DNA of 64,000 nucleotides from NCBI GenBank assembly GCA_030950905.1, contig JAUZQQ010000027.1, forward strand, positions 9,306 through 73,305, read 5' to 3'. Source of the stretch: Mariprofundaceae bacterium. Its GTDB lineage: Bacteria; Pseudomonadota; Zetaproteobacteria; Mariprofundales; Mariprofundaceae. Numbering within the stretch: the first letter of the stretch is position 1; every line of letters begins with the position of its first letter. Of this stretch, positions 9,469 through 19,916 are shown in pieces. A program made the translations under genes and the position numbers. The notes under the pieces were generated by a model. It was not told where the DNA came from. It searched no databases and saw only the letters and a list, made by a program, of their open reading frames with translations.

Positions 9469-11604
9469 TCAAGTTTTTTCCGAATCAAGCACCGTTAATT
9501 GCGCATATTTAAGCATTAAATGGCGCAAACCATACCCGTCAAACTGAATGCTAACCCTACGCGCAGAACCTTGCCCCTCCATGGTCATCACCACACCCGC
9601 ACCAAAGCTGGGGTGAACAACCTTGCAGGCGATGCAAATTTCTCCAAAGAATTCATTTGTGACCACAGCGGCACTGCTAGATTGCCAAACGGTATGCAAT
9701 AAATCATTGCTTAAATTACACATAAATCGGCTAGGCTGGGGGTATTGGTAATCACCAAAAACACGGCGGCTGCTTGCCGATGTTAGCAACAAACAATCAC
9801 GCGCTCTGGTGATACCGACATAGAGCAGTCGTCGTTCTTCAGCCAGGCTTTCACACCCTTCGTTCAACGCCCGTTGATGGGGCAATAAGCCTTCTTCTAC
9901 CCCGCAAATGGCAACGGTATTGAACTCCAGCCCTTTGGCTCGGTGTAAGCTCATCAATTGCACTTGTTTTGTTTCTGTATCATCAGCGGTTTTTTGTGCA
10001 TCAGCGATGCCATCGCTGCTCTGCAACAACGCGGCAAGATCTAAAATTTCAATCGGGGTAAAACCTTGGAGCAACTGCATTTCAATATGCGCGCGCAATG
10101 ATTGTAGATTTTCTTTGCGTGATACGGCTTCCAATTCACCCTGTGCTTCCAAATATTGAAAGTAACCTGTTTGCTCCAAAACGGCAAACAGCCCGCCATC
10201 ACCTGCTTCACGTTGGCTGATGCCGTTGCGAACATCAGCCACCACCGTTGCCAAAAAATGCAGCTTTTTAGCTGGCACAGAAACATTGTTTTGATGTGCC
10301 AAAAGATCCAACCAATCAGATACCCTAAGCCCTGAGTCTAACCACAATGATTGAATATTTCCCCATGTTTTTTCGCCAATACCGCATTTGGGTTTGTTTG
10401 CGATACGCATCAAATGCATGCCATCCGCACAAGCGTTTACCAACGCCCAAAAACACAATGCATCTTTCACTTCCACGCGCTCAAAAAAACTTAAAGCACC
10501 ATGAATGCGGTAGGGCAACGATAGCTCTCGAAAAATACGCTCGAGTGGCAAAGACTGGTGATTCGAGCGGTACAATACTGCCATATCTGACCATGGCACA
10601 CCCTTTTGATGGCGTTGTTGCAAAACTTCTGCGATGCGCCGCGCCTCGTCATGCTCATCATGGCAAGCTTGCCACGCTGGGATTTTTCCTGATCCGCGTG
10701 TGGGGCGAAGTTGTTTTTGGTGGCGATCTGAAGCCTCTGTAATAACAGCATTGGCAAGGCGCAAGATGGCTTCGCCTGATCGGTAGTTTTCTTCCAAACA
10801 ATACACCCCCGCATCGGGCCATTGTTTTTGAAAGTCCAAAATATGCCGAACATCCGCACCACGCCAGCCATAAATGCTTTGATCATCATCACCCACCACC
10901 GTTAAATTGCGGTGATCTTTACACAGTAACGAAAGCCACGCATGCTGCACAGGATTGGTGTCTTGGTATTCATCGACCAACACATGATCAAAGCTGCATC
11001 GCATAGCCTTAGCAATCACCCCATCAGCACGCAACAAACGCACACAATGAACAATAAGATCGGAGAAATCCATTCGTTCTAATTGCTTTAGTTGTTGTTG
11101 GTACAAGGCATACAAAGGCTGGAGTGAAATAGGGGATGGTGAATCTACGGCAATATCTTCAGGCATCTTTCCTGCATGTTTGTGCTGTTCAATCCAATGC
11201 AGTAATTGCGCGTGATGCAATACCTTAGGGTCAATATTTTGTGCTTTGAGCAAGCGTTTGATCAATGTGCGTTGATCGTTGCCATCAATAATTTGAAAGC
11301 TGCGTGGGTAGCCCACGCTGTCGGCATAACGGCGCAGAAAACGCAAGGAAATCGAATGAAACGTGCCCGAAACAATAGTGCCTGCATGCTCACCAATCAT
11401 GGCATCAAGACGCTCTTTTAGCTCAGATGCAGATTTATTGGTAAATGTTACTGCCAAAATACGATACGGCAGCACCCCGCACTCGCCAATAAGATGGGCA
11501 ATACGATGCACAATGGTACGCGTTTTCCCCGTGCCTGCACCCGCCAAAATAAGCTGTGGGCCAGCGGGTGCTTTAGCGGCGCGTTGCTGCTCGGCGTTTA
11601 ACAA
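9469..11604 (-). CDS. UvrD/Rep/PcrA-family ATP-dependent DNA helicase
   Basis: SF1 helicase motifs AGAGTGKT, VLVDEYQDTN and VVGDDDQSIYGWRGA, plus the C-terminal motif VGITRARD. Confidence 0.9.
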   Translation of the reverse strand: MLNAEQQRAAKAPAGPQLILAGAGTGKTRTIVHRIAHLIGECGVLPYRILAVTFTNKSASELKERLDAMIGEHAGTIVSGTFHSISLRFLRRYADSVGYPRSFQIIDGNDQRTLIKRLLKAQNIDPKVLHHAQLLHWIEQHKHAGKMPEDIAVDSPSPISLQPLYALYQQQLKQLERMDFSDLIVHCVRLLRADGVIAKAMRCSFDHVLVDEYQDTNPVQHAWLSLLCKDHRNLTVVGDDDQSIYGWRGADVRHILDFQKQWPDAGVYCLEENYRSGEAILRLANAVITEASDRHQKQLRPTRGSGKIPAWQACHDEHDEARRIAEVLQQRHQKGVPWSDMAVLYRSNHQSLPLERIFRELSLPYRIHGALSFFERVEVKDALCFWALVNACADGMHLMRIANKPKCGIGEKTWGNIQSLWLDSGLRVSDWLDLLAHQNNVSVPAKKLHFLATVVADVRNGISQREAGDGGLFAVLEQTGYFQYLEAQGELEAVSRKENLQSLRAHIEMQLLQGFTPIEILDLAALLQSSDGIADAQKTADDTETKQVQLMSLHRAKGLEFNTVAICGVEEGLLPHQRALNEGCESLAEERRLLYVGITRARDCLLLTSASSRRVFGDYQYPQPSRFMCNLSNDLLHTVWQSSSAAVVTNEFFGEICIACKVVHPSFGAGVVMTMEGQGSARRVSIQFDGYGLRHLMLKYAQLTVLDSEKT

Positions 11605-11636
11605 AAAAATAACCCTTCGCAGGTGGGTGTAATCAC

Positions 11637-13430
11637 CTACTCACCATGTTTAACAATCAATTTATGGTAGGTCGAAAAAACAGCATTGCGTGATAAAATC
11701 CCCAACATCTCCCCTTCTTTTGTCGCCGACATGACGGGCATTTGCTCAAAACTTTCACGATCCAGAATACGAATCGCATCCAGCAAGCTATCATCTTCTG
11801 AGACACTGATGACATGACGGTTGGCCACTTCAGCAGCCACCACAATTTGATCCAAGGTAGCATCCAATAGCCAGTGTTGTAGGTCAACAAAGGTGACAAT
11901 ACCAAGCATCCGACCCTTGGCATCAATGACTTGCACACAACCTTTGCCTGAATCCACATAGGCCTTTTTTAGCAATGCCAACGATGCATTGGCTGCAACA
12001 GCAGGAATTTTACGGCGGGGAATACGGCTGATGGGTACAGCGCGCATCCAAGAGCGTTCTAGCCCCCAGTTTGGTTCTAGCCCTTTTTCCTCAAGTGGCT
12101 CGGTTAATACCGACTGAGCACCAAAGGCGCGCTTGGTCAATGCTGCAATCACACAGGCAGCCATCAAGGGCATCATGATTTCATAATTGCCCGATAATTC
12201 AAAAACCATTAAAATACTGCTGATGGGTGCTTGCAACATGGCTGCCATCATAGCCCCAGAGGCAACCAATGCATAAGCACCATAAGTCTCTGTAATAGCA
12301 GGAAATAAAGCATGGACAATGATGCCGAAAAAGCCGCCCGCCGTCACCCCAATAAACAAGGAGGGACCGATCATACCGCCGCCAAAACCACCCGCCATAC
12401 ACACCGTGCTGGTAACGGCCTTGGCAAGAAACAGTACAGCAAGAAACAGTACCAGTGGTGTGCTTAAACCCCACAAATGTACGTTGGGTTGCTCGGTTAA
12501 TACCGCATCCAAAGTGCCATAACCGATCGACATAATCTCTGGTATGAACAATGCACAAAAACCCAAAATCAAGCCCGCTGTTGCAGGTCGCAACAATGGA
12601 TTGGGGACATACAGGGCAAATTGCCGCCTTGCTATCGGCATGGCACGAATAATAGCAGCAGAAATAAGCCCACAAAAAACCCCAAGCACAACATAAATAA
12701 GCACTTCCCACGATGAAACCAAGCGAAAGTCAGGAATGGTAAACGCAGGCATATTGCCAAAATAAGAACGTGAAATCACCGTGCCAATTACAGAAGCCAA
12801 CACAATGGGGGTAAATGTTGTGACTGCATAATCGACAAGAATCACCTCTAGGGCAAACATCACCCCAGCAATCGGTGCATTAAACGACGATGCAATGCCC
12901 GCTGCAACCCCGCAACCCACCATGGTTCGCATTTGTTTTTCATCCAGTTCAAGCAAAGAAGAGACGTGAGAAGCCAGTGCAGCTCCGAGAGCCACCGTTG
13001 GTGCTTCTCGCCCCATACTCGCACCACTACCGACCGAAATCATATTGCTGGCAAGTTCACCGATGGATTTTCTTGGGCTTAAATAGCCACCCCGCTCCGA
13101 TAATGATTCAATAACCCCAGGGATTACCTTGGCCTCATTGGCGGGTAAGATATATTTATTGATCAAACCAACCATCAAACCGCCACACACAGGCGCGAGA
13201 ATATAAATATACCATGGTGTTAAATGAATCGCCGCTGACCATGTAGGGGCATGCACCCACCATTCACTGATTGCCTCAATACCCATACGCACAGCGAGTG
13301 CCCCATAACCTGCCAGCACACCGATAACAACCGCCAGCATGCCAAGATGAAAGGACTCATGGCGCAGCATCCAAGCATACATTTGCTGGTAGGTTGCTGC
13401 TATACCATTGGGTAAGATTCGTACTTTCAA
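11637..13430 (-). CDS. ClC-type voltage-gated chloride channel/antiporter with C-terminal CBS pair
   Basis: Selectivity motifs GSGASMGREAP and GGMIGPS, about 10 TM helices, and a C-terminal region of about 140 aa with a CBS-pair-like pattern. Confidence 0.85.
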   Translation of the reverse strand: MKVRILPNGIAATYQQMYAWMLRHESFHLGMLAVVIGVLAGYGALAVRMGIEAISEWWVHAPTWSAAIHLTPWYIYILAPVCGGLMVGLINKYILPANEAKVIPGVIESLSERGGYLSPRKSIGELASNMISVGSGASMGREAPTVALGAALASHVSSLLELDEKQMRTMVGCGVAAGIASSFNAPIAGVMFALEVILVDYAVTTFTPIVLASVIGTVISRSYFGNMPAFTIPDFRLVSSWEVLIYVVLGVFCGLISAAIIRAMPIARRQFALYVPNPLLRPATAGLILGFCALFIPEIMSIGYGTLDAVLTEQPNVHLWGLSTPLVLFLAVLFLAKAVTSTVCMAGGFGGGMIGPSLFIGVTAGGFFGIIVHALFPAITETYGAYALVASGAMMAAMLQAPISSILMVFELSGNYEIMMPLMAACVIAALTKRAFGAQSVLTEPLEEKGLEPNWGLERSWMRAVPISRIPRRKIPAVAANASLALLKKAYVDSGKGCVQVIDAKGRMLGIVTFVDLQHWLLDATLDQIVVAAEVANRHVISVSEDDSLLDAIRILDRESFEQMPVMSATKEGEMLGILSRNAVFSTYHKLIVKHGE

Positions 13431-13461
13431 GTTTTTATGTGTGGCAAAGACATAGGCTTAA

Positions 13462-13635
13462 TTACTGATCTTGCTCGTCGTCGCCTGTGGCAACATCAAT
13501 AACAGCCCCTGCAACTTTAAAAGGAACTTTGATAACTTCGGTGGTAACATCCACGGCTGTACCAATCACTGTGCCGATACAGCCTGTACATACGCATACT
13601 GCCATGCATGCCATAAAAAAAGTTTTCTTGGTCAT
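13462..13635 (-). CDS. Small putative lipoprotein (57 aa)
   Basis: From ATG 13635: MTKKTFFMACMAVCVCTGC, a signal peptide with a lipobox-like V-C-T-G-C. AGAGGAA SD-like sequence immediately upstream. Lies 2 nt after the glgB stop. The track start at 13683 is probably too long. Confidence 0.45.
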   Translation of the reverse strand: MTKKTFFMACMAVCVCTGCIGTVIGTAVDVTTEVIKVPFKVAGAVIDVATGDDEQDQ

Positions 13636-13637
13636 TG

Positions 13638-15815
13638 TTATTCCTCTTGTTGCAAGACCAAACATGCCAACGGCGGTAAACAAAGAGACAATGATAGCGC
13701 ATGCCCCATCGCCGCAATCGGTTCGCTGACCACACTTCCGTCATTGCCTATGTTATCACCACCATAACATGCCGCATCACTGTTTAACCGTTCTTTGTAT
13801 ACACCCTCGGCAAATACACCCAAACGATAATTTTCACGTACCACAGGTGTCATGTTCAAGACCACGTAAATGACCCCTCCATTTTTATCCATACGCACAA
13901 AACTCAGCACCGATTGTGCATGATCGTTACAATCTAACCATTCAAAACCTTTGCTTTCAAAATCAAGCTCATGCAAGGCGGGGGTATCACGGTACAAATG
14001 GTTTAAATCACGAACCAATATTTGCAAGCCTTGATGGGGCATATGCTGGCATTGATCCCATTGCAAACTGCTTGCTTCGTTCCACTCCAGCCATTGGCCA
14101 AACTCAATGCCCATGAACTGCAATTTTTTACCAGGGTGGGTAAACATATAAGCATAAAGCAAACGCAAATTGGCAAATTTTTGCCCATCATCGCCAGGCA
14201 TTTTTTTGGCCATCGAACCTTTGCCATGTACCACTTCATCGTGGGAAAACGGTAAGATAAAATTTTCTGTGTGGGCATAAACCAGCGAAAATGTCATTTG
14301 GTTGTGGTGGTAGCTGCGGTGAATGGATTCGTGTTTGAAATATTCAAGGGTATCATTCATCCAGCCCATGTTCCATTTCATGGTAAAGCCCAATCCACCC
14401 AACCATGTTGGCCTAGAAACCATCGGCCATGAGGTGGATTCTTCGGCCATGGTGACAGTGCCCGGAAAACGCTCATGCACCAAATGATTAAATTGCTGAA
14501 GAAAGGCGACTGCTTCTAGGTTTTCACGGCCGCCATATTGATTGGGAACCCACTCACCTTCTTCTCGAGAATAATCCAAATACAACATCGAAGCCACAGC
14601 ATCGACGCGCAAACCATCAAGATGGTAACGATCAAGCCAAAACAATGCCGAAGCAATTAAAAAATTACGCACCTCATTGCGGCCAAAGTTAAAGATGTAG
14701 GTTCCCCAATCTTTATGTTCGCCCATACGCGGGTCTTCATGCTCATACAACGGCGTGCCATCAAAACGGGCTAGACCATGACTGTCTTTGGGGAAGTGTG
14801 CAGGAACCCAATCAAGAAATACCCCCAGGCCATGCTGGTGGCAATAATCGACAAAATAACAAAAATCATCGGGCGTGCCAAAACGGCTGGTCGGGGCAAA
14901 ATAACCAACGGTTTGATAACCCCAAGAGCCATCAAACGGGTGTTCTGTGATCGGCAGTAATTCAATATGGGTGTAACCCATCCAGCTACAGTATTCAACC
15001 AATTGATGCGCCAAATCACGGTAATTTAAAAACGATTCGCCATTTCTTTGCCATGAACCAAGATGCACTTCATAAATGCTCATGGGTTGATCCAACGCTT
15101 GATGTTTGACGCGATTTTTCAGCCAATCAGCATCGTTCCATACATAGGCATGGCCATCATGCACGACACTTGCGGTATTCGGACGAAGTTCCATTTGCTG
15201 CGCATAAGGATCCGTTTTTTCTAACAGTTCTCCTGATTGGGTGCGCACCTCATACTTGTACGTTTCACCACTGCATAAGCCTGGAATAAACAACTCCCAA
15301 ATGCCCGAAGCGCCTCTCACACGCATGGGGTTTTCACGGCCATCCCAATGGTTAAAGTTGCCAACCACGGAAACACGCGAAGCAGAGGGAGCCCAAACAG
15401 CAAATGCCACGCCTTGCACCCCTTCATGGTTACGCAAATGCGCACCCAAAATATTGTATTTTTCAAAGTGATTGCCTTCACCAATCAAATGCAAGTCCAT
15501 ATCGCCCAGCAACGGAGAAAAGCGATAGGTATCGTCTTGTTCCCAGCTATGCCCATCCGCATGAAACAAGCGCAAACGGTAATCTGTAATATCTATCTTC
15601 TTAGAAAAACGAAGACAAAAAAGATCAGTCCCTTCGCTGCGTTTCATGGGAACAACATCACCATTGTTTAAAACAACAGAAACATTGGCCAAACGTGGAC
15701 GAAACACACGAATGGTATGGCCGCCTTTTTTTCTTCGGTGGCAGCCCAAAAAAGAAAACGGATCATGACTGCGCGCTTCAAGAATTGGCTGGGCTTCAGC
15801 AGGAATAAGTACCAT
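13638..15815 (-). CDS. glgB: 1,4-alpha-glucan branching enzyme
   Basis: GH13 catalytic motifs [22 protein letters not shown] and [10 protein letters not shown]. 725 aa, the typical GlgB size. Confidence 0.95.
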   Translation of the reverse strand: MVLIPAEAQPILEARSHDPFSFLGCHRRKKGGHTIRVFRPRLANVSVVLNNGDVVPMKRSEGTDLFCLRFSKKIDITDYRLRLFHADGHSWEQDDTYRFSPLLGDMDLHLIGEGNHFEKYNILGAHLRNHEGVQGVAFAVWAPSASRVSVVGNFNHWDGRENPMRVRGASGIWELFIPGLCSGETYKYEVRTQSGELLEKTDPYAQQMELRPNTASVVHDGHAYVWNDADWLKNRVKHQALDQPMSIYEVHLGSWQRNGESFLNYRDLAHQLVEYCSWMGYTHIELLPITEHPFDGSWGYQTVGYFAPTSRFGTPDDFCYFVDYCHQHGLGVFLDWVPAHFPKDSHGLARFDGTPLYEHEDPRMGEHKDWGTYIFNFGRNEVRNFLIASALFWLDRYHLDGLRVDAVASMLYLDYSREEGEWVPNQYGGRENLEAVAFLQQFNHLVHERFPGTVTMAEESTSWPMVSRPTWLGGLGFTMKWNMGWMNDTLEYFKHESIHRSYHHNQMTFSLVYAHTENFILPFSHDEVVHGKGSMAKKMPGDDGQKFANLRLLYAYMFTHPGKKLQFMGIEFGQWLEWNEASSLQWDQCQHMPHQGLQILVRDLNHLYRDTPALHELDFESKGFEWLDCNDHAQSVLSFVRMDKNGGVIYVVLNMTPVVRENYRLGVFAEGVYKERLNSDAACYGGDNIGNDGSVVSEPIAAMGHALSLSLCLPPLACLVLQQEE

Positions 15816-15934
15816 GGTGTACGCTCCGTATTATGTTTTCATAAAAGTAGAATCTAACCAGATCACAACGACTTGTAACCACCGAGCTGCCCCTTAAACT
15901 ATTCAACGCAGTGGTGTGGGTGTTTTAAGGGTGG

Positions 15935-16870
15935 TTATCCATGGTGTGCTTTTGCCTGCATCTCTTCCCATGTGGCCGTTGCTGTGCCAACTTTTCCAAC
16001 GACGACACCAGCAGCCTGATTGGCCGTTGTCGCGGCTTCAAGGGCAGAATAATTACGAGACAAACACGCCGAAAATACAGCAATAACCGTATCACCTGCC
16101 CCTGTTACATCAAAAACATCACGGGCAACGGTTGGAATATGATGGCAGCAATCACCATCAAACAAGGTCATACCACATTCAGATCGGGTAATCAGCACCC
16201 ATTGTAAATCAAGTGTATGGTGCAAATGCTTGGCCATGGCATACACATGTTGATCCTCATTGATGGCAGCCATGCCACTCATAAGCGCGGCCTCTTGAAG
16301 GTTGGGGGTTATAAAACTTGCGCCGTGATAAGCACATGTATGCTCAGGCTTGGGGTCAACGCCCACCATACAGCCGCATGCTTGTGCAGCATCAATCAAT
16401 GCACGAATCATCGGCGGCGTAAGCACACCCTTGGCATAATCGGACAAAACGAGCACTTTGGCATCGACCATCATGGACTGGGCATGCGTGAGCAACTCTT
16501 GTTGAATAGCATCACTTAATGGGGTCAACCATTCTCGATCAAAACGAACAATTTGTTGATGGCGTGCAATAACACGGGTTTTAATGGCTGTTGGCCGACC
16601 GTTCTTTTTGGTTAATACAGCCGAATGATCGACACCCAAGAAGGCAAGCCGCTCATGTACCCACGCCCCCGGCTCATCATCGCCAACCACGCCAAACATG
16701 GCACAAGGTTGCATGAGGGCATGCAAATTACGAATAACATTCGCAGAGCCACCCAGCCTGCGATCACTGCGCTCCACATTGACCACAGGAACCGGTGCTT
16801 CTGGCGAAATACGTGTGACATCCCCCCAAATAAACGCATCGACGATAATATCGCCAACCACCAAAATCAT
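15935..16870 (-). CDS. D-glycero-beta-D-manno-heptose-7-phosphate kinase (RfaE domain I type, stand-alone PfkB kinase)
   Basis: N-terminus ILVVGDIIVDAFIWGDVTRISPEAPVPV and PfkB motif DVTGAGDT. There is no fused adenylyltransferase domain. Confidence 0.8.
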   Translation of the reverse strand: MILVVGDIIVDAFIWGDVTRISPEAPVPVVNVERSDRRLGGSANVIRNLHALMQPCAMFGVVGDDEPGAWVHERLAFLGVDHSAVLTKKNGRPTAIKTRVIARHQQIVRFDREWLTPLSDAIQQELLTHAQSMMVDAKVLVLSDYAKGVLTPPMIRALIDAAQACGCMVGVDPKPEHTCAYHGASFITPNLQEAALMSGMAAINEDQHVYAMAKHLHHTLDLQWVLITRSECGMTLFDGDCCHHIPTVARDVFDVTGAGDTVIAVFSACLSRNYSALEAATTANQAAGVVVGKVGTATATWEEMQAKAHHG

Positions 16871-17814
16871 GCGCGAAAACGGCTTTCAAGCGTCTGCACA
16901 AAGGCATCAGCTTTGCGGTATTCATGCCAATAACCGCGCAGCTTGGCGATACGGCGGGATAAATAATCAGCGCGACAATGGTAACTGAAGGTGTTGAATT
17001 GATGTATCGAAGCGCGAACATGCTGAACCTGTTTTTCATCGGGGATAATATGTTCAGGCACGGCTTGTTTGCGAAACAACATTTGAATATCGGGGTTGTT
17101 TGCATCAGTAAAGCGTTCTATGCATTCAAAGCCACAACGCTTGGCCAACAAGACCAATGTTTCTGGTGAAAAATTATACGTATGGGCAAAATGAAACAAA
17201 CGTGAAAAAGTAGCAAAAGGAGCGGTTACATTGGGGCATTCCATATACAACAAGCCATCATCACCCAATATACCTCGGATTGCCATCAAGGCACGAACAG
17301 GGGAAGTGAAATGTTCAATAACATGCACCAACAATACCATGTCTTGATCTCCCTTCAAAGGCAAGTCAAACAAATTACAGTTTTCAATTGCAGCTTGTAA
17401 AATAGCACGGCTGTATTGATTAAATTGTTTATTCGGCTCAATCCCCCGCGCTTTTATGCCGCGTTCTTCCAATGATTTAACGGTACAGCCAATACCAGCA
17501 CCCACTTCAAACACGGCAGTAGCTGTGGTAAGGTGTGGTATTAATTGATCGGCAATACGTTGACCATTGTGCCAAGCGCGCATGATTCTACGGGGCGAAG
17601 GCGTATTTTCCCCATGGTAATCACGGCGATACTGTTGCCGATAATAAGCAAGCATATCAGCCTCACTGGGCATCGGTTGATGGCAGAGCAAACCACATTG
17701 CAAGCATAAACCCGTATGCAATACATGCCCTTTTCGATCACGTTGGCTAACGGTTTCAAAATAATTTCCACCACACAAATCACAAGCCTGCGTTGATGGT
17801 TGCTGTATAGGCAT
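16867..17814 (-). CDS. Class I SAM-dependent methyltransferase with N-terminal Cys4 zinc-ribbon-like motif
   Basis: CDLCGG...CLQCG (two CxxC pairs) followed by SAM motif I VFEVGAGIGCT. 4-nt overlap with the downstream kinase gene. Confidence 0.65.
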   Translation of the reverse strand: MPIQQPSTQACDLCGGNYFETVSQRDRKGHVLHTGLCLQCGLLCHQPMPSEADMLAYYRQQYRRDYHGENTPSPRRIMRAWHNGQRIADQLIPHLTTATAVFEVGAGIGCTVKSLEERGIKARGIEPNKQFNQYSRAILQAAIENCNLFDLPLKGDQDMVLLVHVIEHFTSPVRALMAIRGILGDDGLLYMECPNVTAPFATFSRLFHFAHTYNFSPETLVLLAKRCGFECIERFTDANNPDIQMLFRKQAVPEHIIPDEKQVQHVRASIHQFNTFSYHCRADYLSRRIAKLRGYWHEYRKADAFVQTLESRFRA

Positions 17815-17819
17815 GAATA

Positions 17820-18836
17820 TTAATCCTTAGGGGGTATATTTTCAGCCTTAAGCTGACCGCAGGCAGCCGATATGTTTTGGCCACGCGATTGGCGAACAAC
17901 AGCAACATAACCTGCGCTATTCAGGGTTTGCCAAAATTGTTGTACCGCAGCATCGGATGATCGGCGGTAGCTCGTGCCATGGTGTGTATTTAACGGCAGT
18001 AAATTTACCGTACAAGGCAGATCTGCCAACAAATCAACCAAGGCCATGGCATCTTTTAGCGTATCATTTACACCATCAATCAACACATATTCAATCAATA
18101 CACGTTTGCGTTTTGTTTGCGCTGAGAAATCACGCAACACCGGCATCAATACAGAAAGAGGGTATTTATGATTCACTGGCATTAAATCGTTGCGCACAGT
18201 ATCGTTGCTGGCATTCAATGATACAGCCAAATTACACGGTAGATTATCAGCTTGCATGCGTTTAATCGCAGGCACCAGTCCTGATGTAGACAATGTAATG
18301 CGCCGTGGCGACAAGGCTATTCCCGCAGGGTCAGTCGCTATCCAAACAAAACGAGCCACTGCATTATAATTATGCAATGGCTCGCCCATGCCCATCAGCA
18401 CAACATTACGAGGGTATGAACCCATCAACCATTTGGCCTGCATCAATTGGGCGATCATCTCACTGGTATGCAGGTTTCGTTGCAAACCTGCCGTTGCTGT
18501 CAAACAAAACGTACAAGCCATGGCGCAGCCAACTTGACTGGAGATGCACTGGGTGATGCGCCCCGCAGCAGGGATCAAGACCGATTCCACCTCTCCACCA
18601 TAAGGCAGACGAAGCAACATCTTTTGGGTATGGTCAGTATCCACCTGGGTGTGCAACACGCTCACCGATGGGTGACAAACATGGGCTTTTAACCAATGGG
18701 TAAAAAGTTTCGGCAGCCCATGCATGGACAAAAAATCCCGTTCGCCACGACGAAAAATACAAGCGCGAAGTGTATCGGCGTGAACCTCTTTTACCCCTGC
18801 CTGCCGGCATAAATCCAGCAAATCGCCATGCAGCAT
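17820..18836 (-). CDS. rlmN: 23S rRNA/tRNA (adenine-C2)-methyltransferase, radical SAM
   Basis: Radical-SAM cluster motif GCAMACTFC (CxxxCxxC), GMGEPL, and a C-terminal conserved Cys (SAACGQL). Confidence 0.88.
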   Translation of the reverse strand: MLHGDLLDLCRQAGVKEVHADTLRACIFRRGERDFLSMHGLPKLFTHWLKAHVCHPSVSVLHTQVDTDHTQKMLLRLPYGGEVESVLIPAAGRITQCISSQVGCAMACTFCLTATAGLQRNLHTSEMIAQLMQAKWLMGSYPRNVVLMGMGEPLHNYNAVARFVWIATDPAGIALSPRRITLSTSGLVPAIKRMQADNLPCNLAVSLNASNDTVRNDLMPVNHKYPLSVLMPVLRDFSAQTKRKRVLIEYVLIDGVNDTLKDAMALVDLLADLPCTVNLLPLNTHHGTSYRRSSDAAVQQFWQTLNSAGYVAVVRQSRGQNISAACGQLKAENIPPKD

Positions 18837-18930
18837 TGCGGTAATCGCAGGTCGCGCAAGGATTGCAGCATTAATAACTTTTTACCCTCAAAGTCGATGA
18901 AAAAGCATCTCGGTTACTTAGCGTTTGTAC

Positions 18931-19275
18931 TTACAATCCGTATTTGGCCTTGTTGCTTGCGACAGCTTCAGCAGAAGGAACGTCCTGCTCTTTAACCTCT
19001 GCCAATGCATAAGCATCACGCTTGCTATCACATTGTTCATTCAGCGCAATATCACCTTCAAAAACATCAGGGACATCTTCCTCTGGGTAAATTGCTTCCC
19101 ACGGGCATTCTGGTTCGCATACCGCACAATCAATGCACTCATCAGGAGAAATAAGCAACATATTGGGGCTTGATTCACTGATTTCTGTGGGTTGATAAAA
19201 ACAATCCACGGGGCAAACGGCCACACACGCAGTATCGACACAATCTTTACACAATTGGGTGACAACAAAAGCCAT
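18931..19275 (-). CDS. Ferredoxin, FdxA-like (7Fe/2x[4Fe-4S] type)
   Basis: [25 protein letters not shown] plus a second cluster motif [12 protein letters not shown]. Confidence 0.85.
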   Translation of the reverse strand: MAFVVTQLCKDCVDTACVAVCPVDCFYQPTEISESSPNMLLISPDECIDCAVCEPECPWEAIYPEEDVPDVFEGDIALNEQCDSKRDAYALAEVKEQDVPSAEAVASNKAKYGL

Positions 19276-19400
19276 AAGTTTTACCTCAACTTATTCAATA
19301 CAAATTCCAAAATCGGCGCACAAGCTAAAGAGCCTGCGAAAGAATAGCAAACCAAGCCCACACACCAGCACTCATGGTATAAAAAAACACCTGTAAAAAA

Positions 19401-19898
19401 TTATTGAAATAAAATATTCAAATCCAACAAGGGGTATTGTTCGCCCTTTATTTCTATGGTTCCACGTATATTATGATGACCATCAGACACGGGCAATAAA
19501 TCTTCACGTATTTGAACCACCTGACTGATAGAATCAACCTGCAAGCCCACTTTCATACGCGGATGTTTGTACAGTATAAATCGGGTATGTTCAGCAATAG
19601 CTGCCAATTCCCCTTTAAGACTTAACACTTTTACGGGGTCTACAATGCATGCAACCAAGCCATGTATATTGCAGACCCCAATCAGGTGGTTTGGGGCCAT
19701 TGGCACCGATGTTAAACGCTGGGGGCGAACGACTTTTTCAGCTTCTTTTACTCGAATTAAGAATTTTTTTTCACCGATATGCACCAGCATCAATTCTTCA
19801 TAATCAATCTGTGCAGAAATAGCCTCTTGCATGGCCGCATTGGCGGCTTCTTCCTCTGTTTTAGCGTTCGTATCTTTTGCTGTTAATTGCTCACTCAT
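19401..19898 (-). CDS. cheW: CheW-like chemotaxis coupling protein
   Basis: 165 aa, a single CheW-like domain pattern (KKFLIRVKEAEKVVRPQRLTSVPMAPNHLIGVCNIHGLVACIVD). Lies 18 nt downstream of the GspE-REC gene. Confidence 0.7.
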   Translation of the reverse strand: MSEQLTAKDTNAKTEEEAANAAMQEAISAQIDYEELMLVHIGEKKFLIRVKEAEKVVRPQRLTSVPMAPNHLIGVCNIHGLVACIVDPVKVLSLKGELAAIAEHTRFILYKHPRMKVGLQVDSISQVVQIREDLLPVSDGHHNIRGTIEIKGEQYPLLDLNILFQ

Positions 19899-19916
19899 CG
19901 ACAGCTCCTTATTCTA

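Noticed and set aside
9368-9494. 11-mer ATCAAGCACCG present twice (9368-9378 in the ftsH upstream spacer, 9484-9494 in the 3' end of the helicase gene)
   Set aside because: There are only two short copies, one of them inside coding sequence, with no surrounding symmetry or array. It may be chance, and I cannot support a function.
12199-12711. 170-aa same-strand alternative-frame ORF inside the ClC gene
   Set aside because: The product is a Cys/Gly/Trp/Tyr-rich artefact of the frame. The ClC frame carries the GREAP and GxxGP selectivity motifs across this region.
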